Of a DNA stretch of 64,000 bases, positions 1 through 6,767 are shown one piece after another (the stretch's first letter is position 1; each line of letters opens with the position of its first letter). A program made the translations under genes and the position numbers. Origin of the DNA: Bacteroidales bacterium (lineage in GTDB: Bacteria > Bacteroidota > Bacteroidia > Bacteroidales > WCHB1-69). Under the pieces are notes generated by a model. The model had not been told where the DNA came from. It made no database searches and worked only from the letters and a program-made list of their open reading frames with translations. Location of the stretch: positions 8,604 through 72,603 of the forward strand of contig JBGURX010000021.1 of the NCBI GenBank assembly GCA_045132235.1, read 5' to 3'.

Positions 1-1088
1 ATGCGGCCTTGTTGGGGATTCCGTTGCCGTTGTGTTCGTGCGGCGTAATTCCTACCGCCATCGGACTGAAGAAAGAAGGAGCCTCCAAAGGAGCGGTGGC
101 CTCGTTTCTGATTGCCACGCCGCAAACGGGCATCGACTCCATCTTGGCCACCTTCTCACTGATGGGCTTGGGCTTCGCCATCATTCGTCCTGTAGCCGCC
201 TTGATCACCGGCATTTGCGGCGGACTGCTGGTGAATCGCTGGGTGAAAAACGATGATGTAACGGCTGATGTATCAGATACTTGCACAATAGAACGAGGCA
301 ATCCGTTGTGGCGCGTGCTGAAATACGCTTATTTCGACATGATGCAGGACATCGGTCTCAGGCTCTTCATCGGTTTGCTGTTGGCGGCGCTCATCAATGT
401 GGCTGTTCCCGATGAGTTTTTCCTCACTTTCGGGCATCAGCCCTTGCTGCAGATGTTGGTTATTTTGATCGTGGCGGTGCCGATGTACATCTGTTCCACC
501 GGCAGCATCCCCATTGCGGCTGCGCTGATGCTGAAAGGTCTCTCACCTGGTGCCGCGTTGGTGATGCTGATGGCCGGTCCCGCCGTCAATATCGCCTCCA
601 TCTTGGTGGTGCGCAAATCACTGGGGAGACGTTTCACCTGGATTTATCTGCTCACCATCGTCAGTTTTTCTGTGCTTTTTGGATTGTTGATCAACGCGTT
701 TGGAATTAATGCTTTCGGTATGACCGAAGGCTGCGGAATGCATAGCGCCTGCTGCCATTCGGAGGCCGCTTCGTCCAGCGTTTTTCAAATTATCTGTTCG
801 TCATTATTACTATTATTCATTATCATCGCTTTGAGTATGAAATTTTTTAGCCGATTCAAAAAACAACAAGAGATCCCTGAAGGGACAGTCGTTTATACCG
901 TGGAAGGAATGAATTGCAGCCATTGCAAGGCCTCTGTAGAGCAGGCGGTGCGAAGCCTCAAGGGAGTGACTTCCGCTGAAGCCAATCCGGGTGCCAAAAC
1001 ACTTGCCGTAACGGGTACTGCCTCAGCGGAAGAAATCCGCAAGGCCGTGGAAAGTGTGGGATTCGTGTTCAAAGGGGAAGCACGATGA
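1..1088 (+). CDS. Metal-efflux-type permease (DUF318 / SO_0444-like) with C-terminal heavy-metal-associated (HMA) domain; N-terminus cut by the window edge
   Basis: ORF 9..1088 stays open in frame back to the window start. The protein is multi-pass and hydrophobic, with a CSCG motif, a Cys-rich GCGMHSACCH segment and a C-terminal GMNCSHC HMA motif. Confidence 0.8.
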   Translation, partial: AALLGIPLPLCSCGVIPTAIGLKKEGASKGAVASFLIATPQTGIDSILATFSLMGLGFAIIRPVAALITGICGGLLVNRWVKNDDVTADVSDTCTIERGNPLWRVLKYAYFDMMQDIGLRLFIGLLLAALINVAVPDEFFLTFGHQPLLQMLVILIVAVPMYICSTGSIPIAAALMLKGLSPGAALVMLMAGPAVNIASILVVRKSLGRRFTWIYLLTIVSFSVLFGLLINAFGINAFGMTEGCGMHSACCHSEAASSSVFQIICSSLLLLFIIIALSMKFFSRFKKQQEIPEGTVVYTVEGMNCSHCKASVEQAVRSLKGVTSAEANPGAKTLAVTGTASAEEIRKAVESVGFVFKGEAR

Positions 1089-1474
1089 AACGAATTCTCA
1101 CCTTGATCATCATCGCTTTAGGGGCTTTTTGTGCGCAGGCCCAAACTTTCATCGGCACCATGACGGTGGACAGTTATACCCGAAAAAATGTGACCGTAAA
1201 ACTGCAATCCACATCTTCTTCAGAGACATGCTCCATCACGATGTATGATGTCAAGTTTTCTTGGTTGATGCCTGTTACTCTGGATGTTACAATAAAACCT
1301 GTTACCAAGAAAAACGGGCAGATAACAGGAAACAACATTGTGCCCACCAACGACGGAAAACGGTACGAAAAATACACCGTGCGACAACTGAAGGGCACGG
1401 TCAGCAACACGAAATTGCAATTCTCCTGTCAGATGGGAAGCAAACGGCTTTCGTACGAAGGAAAGAAGAAATAG
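1085..1474 (+). CDS. Hypothetical secreted beta-rich protein
   Basis: ATGA stop/start overlap with the permease gene. Signal peptide MKRILTLIIIALGAFCAQAQ. No recognisable catalytic motif. Confidence 0.6.
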   Translation: MKRILTLIIIALGAFCAQAQTFIGTMTVDSYTRKNVTVKLQSTSSSETCSITMYDVKFSWLMPVTLDVTIKPVTKKNGQITGNNIVPTNDGKRYEKYTVRQLKGTVSNTKLQFSCQMGSKRLSYEGKKK

Positions 1475-1481
1475 GGTGGCC

Positions 1482-2075
1482 TCACGGTGTCGGATGGATG
1501 ATGACCATCAGGTTGTTGACGAACATATTGATGGCCATGGCCAACAGAATGACACCGAAGAATTTACGAATGATGAAGATGAGGTTGGCGCCTAAGAGTT
1601 TCTGAATCTTGTCCAAGAAGCGGATGACGAGGTAGTCGAGGATGAGGTTCAGCAGCAGTCCGAGCAGGATGTTGACCACGGCGTAGTCGGCGCGGAGGGA
1701 GAGCAGGGCGGTGATGGCGCCGGGGCCGGCGATGAGCGGAAAGGCCACAGGCACGATGCTCGCGCCGCCGCTGTTGGGTTCGTTCTTGATGATGTCGCGA
1801 CCCAGCACCATCTCCACGGCAAGGATGAACAGCACGAAAGCCCCTGCCACGGCGAAGGAGGCCGAGTTGATGCCGAAGAGCCGGAAGAGCGCGTCGCCTG
1901 CGAAAAAGAAGAGCAGGAACAGTCCCAACGCCGTGAGGCACGCCTGCGCCGCCTTGATGTCCTGGTTTTTCTCCCGTATGCTCATAAAAATCGGGATAGA
2001 CCCCAAAATGTCGATGATGGCGAACATCACAATAAAGGAGCTGAAAATCTCTACAAAGTTGATTTGATGGAACAT
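1482..2075 (-). CDS. MarC family (UPF0056) integral membrane protein
   Basis: 197-aa six-TM-like protein. N-terminal FAIIDILGSIPIF and overall pattern are typical of the MarC family. Confidence 0.8.
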   Translation of the reverse strand: MFHQINFVEIFSSFIVMFAIIDILGSIPIFMSIREKNQDIKAAQACLTALGLFLLFFFAGDALFRLFGINSASFAVAGAFVLFILAVEMVLGRDIIKNEPNSGGASIVPVAFPLIAGPGAITALLSLRADYAVVNILLGLLLNLILDYLVIRFLDKIQKLLGANLIFIIRKFFGVILLAMAINMFVNNLMVIIHPTP

Positions 2076-2086
2076 AGCGGTCTGGT

Positions 2087-2380
2087 TTATTGCTGTTTGG
2101 AGCGTTGCAATTCCCTTCTATTTCTTCCAATATAAGTGAAATAGAGCACCAAGTCGGTGGCTACCAGCACGGCGTTGAACACATAGAGCCAGATCACGAT
2201 ATCGTGGCTGTACAATGCCTTGTGGATGATGCCGAAGATGTAGCCCAAGATAATGAGCGACATAAAGATTGGACTTTTGCCAATTACGATTTTGGTGCGC
2301 AGCGATTTGGCAATAGACAATGGCCAGCTGACCGCGAAACAAAGCAGGAACAAGACTTCCCAGATGCTGAAATGTGGCAT
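2087..2380 (-). CDS. Small 3-TM membrane protein, PQ-loop/SemiSWEET-like (tentative)
   Basis: 97 aa with three hydrophobic helices. WPLSIAKSLRTK follows TM1, resembling a PQ-loop motif. It lies 16 nt downstream of the CoA-transferase gene and 11 nt upstream of the MarC gene. Confidence 0.55.
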   Translation of the reverse strand: MPHFSIWEVLFLLCFAVSWPLSIAKSLRTKIVIGKSPIFMSLIILGYIFGIIHKALYSHDIVIWLYVFNAVLVATDLVLYFTYIGRNRRELQRSKQQ

Positions 2381-2396
2381 ATTTTTATTTTTTTAG

Positions 2397-3713
2397 TTAG
2401 ATATTGTTTTTACAAATATAATGATAATGTGAACCGAAACGCTTGAAGGCGGCCTCCTCCAGCTGCTCCTGAAACTGGGGATGCGCTACCGAGATGATGA
2501 GCTTGGCCCGTTCCTGCAAGGAGCGTCCATAAAGGTTCACCGCTCCGTACTCGGTGATGAACCAGTGGATATGGTTGCGCGTGGTGACAGCCCCCGACCC
2601 CAAGTCCAAGGCTGGCACAATTTTGTTGATGCCTTTGCGGGTGGTGGAGGGCATCGCAATGATGGCCTTGCCGCCTTTGGCGCGCGACGCACCATACACG
2701 AAGTCGATCTGGCCGCCCACGCCGGAATAGATTTTGTCGCCCAACGAGTCGGCACATACCTGTCCCGACAAATCCACCTGTATGGCCGAGTTGATGGAGG
2801 TCATTTTGGGCTGCTGCGCGATGATAAACGGGTCGTTGGTATATTCCACGTCTTTCATCAGCACCTGCGGGTTGCCATCGATGAAGTTGTAGATTTTTTG
2901 TGAACCCATCACAAAAGTGGAGACGATTTTGCCACGATCCAACTTCTTGCACTTGCCGTTGATGACGCCTTTTTTCACCAAAGGCAGGATGCCGTCGGAG
3001 AACATCTCGGTATGGATGCCGATGTCCTTGTGGTTGCCGAGGCACGACAGGATGGCGTTGGGGATGGAGCCGATGCCCATCTGGAGGCACGCCCCGTCTT
3101 CGATGAGTTCGGCACAGTAGCGGCCGATGGTCTTCTCCACCTCGGTGGGCGCGGGCGCGTTCACGGTGAGCAGCGGGTCGTCGTCTTCCACAAAATAGTT
3201 GATTTTGCTGATGTGGATTTGGGAGTCGCCGAGCGAGCGGGGCACGTGCTTGTTGACGACCGCGATGGTGAACTCCGCACTCTCCATAGCAGCGAGGGTG
3301 GCATCCACCGATGAGCCGAGCGAGACATAGCCGAACTTGTCGGGCGGGCACACCTGAATCATCGCGACGTTGCACTTGATATATCGCTCACGGTAGAGTT
3401 TCGAGGTTTCGCCGAGGAAAACGGGAATGTAGTCGGCCAGTCCTTTCTGGACGCTCTCGCGCACGTTGGCCCCCACGAAAAAGGCGTTGTGCTGGAAGAT
3501 TCCCTCAAATTCGGGGTTGACGTAGGGCGCGGCGCCTTCGGTATGCAAATGGTGGATATAGACATTCTTCAGCTCCCCGGCGCGTCCGCGCTCGCAAAGA
3601 GCCTTCACCAAACACTGGGGCACATTGGATACCGAACTGATGTGGACGTGGTCGCCCGACTTGATGACCTTGACGGCTTCTGCCGCCGTAACTGCCTGAT
3701 ACTGTTTCTTCAT
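2397..3713 (-). CDS. Acetyl-CoA hydrolase/transferase family protein (4-hydroxybutyrate / butyryl-CoA:acetate CoA-transferase-like, 438 aa)
   Basis: Full-length ORF. Size and N-terminus (AVTAAEAVKVIKSGDHVHISS) and the GIGSIPNA and SGVGGQIDF segments are typical of the family. The competing same-strand alternate-frame ORF 2410..3375 (321 aa) is Arg/Pro-rich junk. Confidence 0.85.
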   Translation of the reverse strand: MKKQYQAVTAAEAVKVIKSGDHVHISSVSNVPQCLVKALCERGRAGELKNVYIHHLHTEGAAPYVNPEFEGIFQHNAFFVGANVRESVQKGLADYIPVFLGETSKLYRERYIKCNVAMIQVCPPDKFGYVSLGSSVDATLAAMESAEFTIAVVNKHVPRSLGDSQIHISKINYFVEDDDPLLTVNAPAPTEVEKTIGRYCAELIEDGACLQMGIGSIPNAILSCLGNHKDIGIHTEMFSDGILPLVKKGVINGKCKKLDRGKIVSTFVMGSQKIYNFIDGNPQVLMKDVEYTNDPFIIAQQPKMTSINSAIQVDLSGQVCADSLGDKIYSGVGGQIDFVYGASRAKGGKAIIAMPSTTRKGINKIVPALDLGSGAVTTRNHIHWFITEYGAVNLYGRSLQERAKLIISVAHPQFQEQLEEAAFKRFGSHYHYICKNNI

Positions 3714-3829
3714 TTCTTCATCATTTTTTATTTCATATCAAAAACAGCAGCAGAAAACAAAATGAGAATGGCAAGCGCACATACGCTTCCCTGACAATTC
3801 CCAAGCTTTTGTTCCCGAAAGCTGCGGAC

Positions 3830-3990
3830 ACGGAAACGGGCAGGTCTTCTGGCTTGTTCCACTTCCGGCGTCTTCCCGATAAAATATCAGTGACGTAGGT
3901 GCCGGAAGCACATTTCGGAACTCACAGCTACGGGCATAGCCCCTGATTTTCACAGGATTCCCTATTAATCGGTGAGAACCCGATTCCGGC
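3830..3990 (-). promoter_or_regulatory. Cobalamin (B12) riboswitch
   Basis: The minus strand reads TTAATAGGGAATCCTGTGAAAATCAGGGGCTATGCCCGTAGCTGTGAG ... GTCACTGATATTTTATCGGGAAGACG ... AGCCAGAAGACCTGCC. The last element is the B12 box at 3839-3854. Core and B12 box are in the correct 5'->3' order. Confidence 0.85.
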
Positions 3991-3992
3991 GG

Positions 3993-4000
3993 CAAAAGTA
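3993..4000 (-). promoter_or_regulatory. Bacteroidota -7 promoter box (TACTTTTG) for the riboswitch-led transcript
   Basis: Exact TAnnTTTG match on the minus strand, immediately 5' of the riboswitch. Confidence 0.5.
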
Positions 4001-4063
4001 CAATAATTTGTTGAATTGTTGATTCGTTTTGTTTACAACCCCGTCTTGATCTTGCTACGGTCA

Positions 4064-4268
4064 TCGCTGTCGGGTTTGGCCGCGCCTATCTTTCTGTAAC
4101 CGTTGAAGTTGTAGCTGATTCCTAACCATACCATCCGGCTCTTGCCGTGCAGCATATTGCTCATCCGATAGTAGTCGGTTTTCCCGACACCTTGCAAGTC
4201 TCTTGCTGTGCGACAGCGGTACAGCAGAGAATCAGGAGGATGATGAAAAGCGCGAGGCGGCGGGGCAT
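4064..4268 (-). pseudogene. Deletion remnant of an outer-membrane beta-barrel (CarboxypepD_reg-like plus OMP barrel) gene
   Basis: N-terminal piece MPRRLALFIILLILCCTAVAQQETCKVSGKPTTIG* is fused out of frame to C-terminal piece MSNMLHGKSRMVWLGISYNFNGYRKIG...*. These match the N-terminus (AQQETITVSGRVTG) and C-terminus (HKSRMVWISIAYRFGDY) of the intact 787-aa paralogue at 54232-56595. Confidence 0.7.
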
Positions 4269-4362
4269 AGGTGTTTTATGTGAAATGATGGGGCAAAAGT
4301 ACGATAATTTTTGAAACACCCAAGCCCCCGCCTCATTTTTCCGTTCTATAAAAGAAAAGACT

Positions 4363-4920
4363 ATGCGATTCCGGCTGCTTTTCTTCCTTCTTTTTATAGG
4401 GTTGATGATGATGGGGAACGCCCAGCACATCACCATGAAAAACTACCAGCAAAAGGTGCCGCCCAGAGGGCTGGTACGAATTTCACAAAACGCGTATAGG
4501 GACCGCAATCCCATCTCCAACCTCGACTGGCTCGAGTACCTTTATTGGTTGGAAAAGATTTATGGAAAAGAATCGGAAGAATACCAAGCCGCCCAGCCCG
4601 ATATGCAGATCCTTCTCCAGCAGCTGCCCGACAGCATCGCCACCTATTATTTTCGGAATCCGGTGTACAACTCGTTTCCCGTGTTGGGCATTTCGCCCCA
4701 GCAAGCCCGCACCTACTGCCAGTGGCGCACCGACCGAGTGGCAGAATGGATGCTCGTCAAGTTGAAACTTTTACCCAACTACAGTGACTGGGGTCGTGAA
4801 AATCAATTTACCATTGAGAATCAAGAGATTCCGGTGGGATTGAAAATCCTCTACTTCTTCCTGCCCACCGAAAATACAGAAACCCGCTACGGGTTTGTAT
4901 GTTTCGCCGAGTGGCGGTAG
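4363..4920 (+). CDS. Secreted truncated FGE/SUMF1-like domain protein (185 aa)
   Basis: Signal peptide present. It carries NLDWLEYLYWLEKIYGKES, VLGISPQQARTYCQWRTDRV and a terminal RYGFVCFA. It is a clear paralogue of 53505-54059. It lacks the GNV.EW and RGGSW segments of full FGE domains. Confidence 0.8.
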   Translation: MRFRLLFFLLFIGLMMMGNAQHITMKNYQQKVPPRGLVRISQNAYRDRNPISNLDWLEYLYWLEKIYGKESEEYQAAQPDMQILLQQLPDSIATYYFRNPVYNSFPVLGISPQQARTYCQWRTDRVAEWMLVKLKLLPNYSDWGRENQFTIENQEIPVGLKILYFFLPTENTETRYGFVCFAEWR

Positions 4921-4942
4921 CGCAATTTTGTCACCCATATCA

Positions 4943-4994
4943 GACAAATCGTCATCCTTGACGGACAGATTGTCGCCATTTGATCATCAAATGG
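4943..4994 (+). promoter_or_regulatory. Putative regulator-binding sites upstream of the sigma-54 promoter
   Basis: GACAAATCGTC (4943-4953) and GACAGATTGTC (4964-4974) start 21 bp apart. They are followed by the perfect 9-1-9 inverted repeat CCATTTGATcATCAAATGG (4976-4994). Confidence 0.4.
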
Positions 4995-5008
4995 GCGGGG
5001 TGCCATTT

Positions 5009-5024
5009 TGGCACGCTCTTTGCA
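5009..5024 (+). promoter_or_regulatory. Sigma-54 (RpoN) -24/-12 promoter
   Basis: TGGCACgctctTTGCA is an exact match to TGGCAC-N5-TTGCW. It ends 85 nt upstream of the hsp20 ATG and is the only such match I found in the window. Confidence 0.65.
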
Positions 5025-5108
5025 AATCCTATTAGCGGTTCGCCGAGGCGAAAGCGGAGGCGGCCGAAAAAAACAAAATGTCTAACAAATTAAAAATGGA
5101 GGTGTATT

Positions 5109-5534
5109 ATGCTACCAGTAATGTTTAAAAACAGTTGGTTTCCGACAGTGTTTGAAGATTTCCTGAACAATGATTTTATGCCTCGTGCCAATACCACAGC
5201 ACCGGCAGTCAATGTGAGGGTAGATGACAAGGCCTACACCATGGAGGTGGCCGCTCCGGGTATCAAGAAGGAGTTCTGCCGTGTGAGCATCAATGACGAA
5301 GGCAACCTGAATATCGCCATCGAGAACAAGGTGGAACACAAAGAGGAAGAGAAAAAACACCACTACTTGCGCCGTGAGTTCTCTTACACCAACTACGAGC
5401 AGGCCTACACGCTGCCCGAAGACGTGGACAAAGACCACATCGAAGCCAAGGTGGAGCACGGTATTCTGACTGTCACCCTGCCGAGGGTGCAGAAAGAGGT
5501 GAAGAAACTCTGCCGCAACATCAACATCGGATAA
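5109..5534 (+). CDS. Hsp20/alpha-crystallin family small heat-shock protein
   Basis: 141 aa with an alpha-crystallin domain pattern (AVNVRVDDKAYTMEVAAPG ... GILTVTLP). An unusually strong GGAGG sits 8 nt upstream of the ATG. Confidence 0.9.
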   Translation: MLPVMFKNSWFPTVFEDFLNNDFMPRANTTAPAVNVRVDDKAYTMEVAAPGIKKEFCRVSINDEGNLNIAIENKVEHKEEEKKHHYLRREFSYTNYEQAYTLPEDVDKDHIEAKVEHGILTVTLPRVQKEVKKLCRNINIG

Positions 5535-5555
5535 TCTTCAAAACCAATCCAACGG

Positions 5556-5590
5556 AAAAAGCCGCAGCTGAACAGCCGCGGCTTTTTTTG
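5556..5590 (+). terminator. Intrinsic terminator after hsp20
   Basis: GC-rich hairpin GCCGCAGCTG..CAGCCGCGGC followed by a T7 run. Confidence 0.7.
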
Positions 5591-5684
5591 TAATGACTTA
5601 CCTTCACACTGCGCTCAACAATTTTATCCCAATAAATTTTCTTACTTTTGCAACTCCAAATTCGCCTCACCTAAACCCTTCAAC

Positions 5685-6764
5685 ATGGAAAACCACAGAA
5701 CCGTATTGTACCTTCATGGCTATGGCAGCGATAAGAACTCATACACTGGCAACACACTCAAGGCCCTTTTCCCGCAGCATCGTTGGGTGCTGGAGACCTT
5801 CGACCTGCTCGATGTCTTCGCCATGCGCGAAAAACTCCGCCATCTTATCGACGCTGAACAGATTGATACGGTGGTCTCCTCCTCGCTCGGCAGCATCTAC
5901 AACCTTTTTATCAAGAATCCCATCAACCCCACTCGTGTCATCAATAAGGTTCTCATCAACCCCTGCTGTTTTCCCTCCCAATTGTTAGGCAGCATTGCCC
6001 AATTGTCGCAAGAACAGCTTGCGATCTGCAAGGCGGTGGAAACCAACATCTACCAGATTCATCGCGAAAATACGCCGAAGAATTTATTCGGCATTTTCGC
6101 CAAAAATGACGAACTGCTGCAGTATCACGACTTCTTTGTAGGCCGCTACGGCAACGCGGGCATCGACGGCCGCATCACCTCCACCAACGCCATTTGGGTA
6201 GAGGGCGGCCACCACCACCTTTCGCCAGAGGTGCTGCTCGAAGCCGTCGGCCAAGCTTTCAGCTATTTCGACTCGATGGCTGCGGAGAAACCCGTTGCCC
6301 CCCAACCCGAAAAGCCCATTCTGTACATCGATATGGACGGCACTTTGGTGGATTTTGAAAGTGGCATTCAGCGACTCACCACGTTGGAAAGGATACAGTA
6401 TGACGCCTACTTTGACGAGGTGCCCGGCATCTTCGCCCGCATGGAACCCATGCCCGGTGCCGTGAATGCCCTCGCCCGACTGTCGAAGCGGTACGATGTG
6501 TACATCCTCTCCACCGCCCCGTGGCGCAACCCGACGGCCTGCAATGACAAACTGCATTGGATCCACCAACATTTTGGGAAAGAAGAAGATAGCTGTCTGT
6601 ATAAACGGCTGATTTTGTCGCACCACAAGGATTTGAACAGGGGAGAGATTCTGATTGATGACCGACCTCACAAGAACGGGGCGGAAAAATTCCCCCGCGT
6701 GCTGCATTTCGGCGTGCCGCCCTACGACACGTGGGCCGCAGTGGAGAAGGCGCTGCTCGGATAG
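5685..6764 (+). CDS. Fusion protein: YqiA-like alpha/beta-hydrolase (esterase) N-domain plus 5'(3')-deoxyribonucleotidase (NT5C, HAD) C-domain
   Basis: N-terminal half has LYLHGYGSDKNS, SSSLGS and GGHH. C-terminal half has the HAD motif I YIDMDGTLVDF and NT5C-like features. A TACTTTTG box lies at 5643-5650. Confidence 0.75.
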   Translation: MENHRTVLYLHGYGSDKNSYTGNTLKALFPQHRWVLETFDLLDVFAMREKLRHLIDAEQIDTVVSSSLGSIYNLFIKNPINPTRVINKVLINPCCFPSQLLGSIAQLSQEQLAICKAVETNIYQIHRENTPKNLFGIFAKNDELLQYHDFFVGRYGNAGIDGRITSTNAIWVEGGHHHLSPEVLLEAVGQAFSYFDSMAAEKPVAPQPEKPILYIDMDGTLVDFESGIQRLTTLERIQYDAYFDEVPGIFARMEPMPGAVNALARLSKRYDVYILSTAPWRNPTACNDKLHWIHQHFGKEEDSCLYKRLILSHHKDLNRGEILIDDRPHKNGAEKFPRVLHFGVPPYDTWAAVEKALLG

Positions 6765-6767
6765 CAG

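Noticed and set aside
3738-4064. 108-aa minus-strand ORF between the barrel remnant and the CoA-transferase gene.
   Set aside because: The interval is occupied by a cobalamin riboswitch with its own promoter box. The ORF translation has no protein-like features.
4161-4436. 91-aa minus-strand ORF.
   Set aside because: Only its last 35 codons (from MPRRLALF...) resemble a real gene start, the signal peptide of the deleted barrel gene. The upstream part overlaps the promoter and start of the opposite-strand gene at 4363.
5593-5988. 131-aa ORF overlapping the start of the esterase-nucleotidase fusion gene.
   Set aside because: It lies in a different frame over the well-supported 5685-6764 gene and spans the hsp20 terminator/promoter region. 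The sequence is Ser/Pro/Thr-rich with no motifs.
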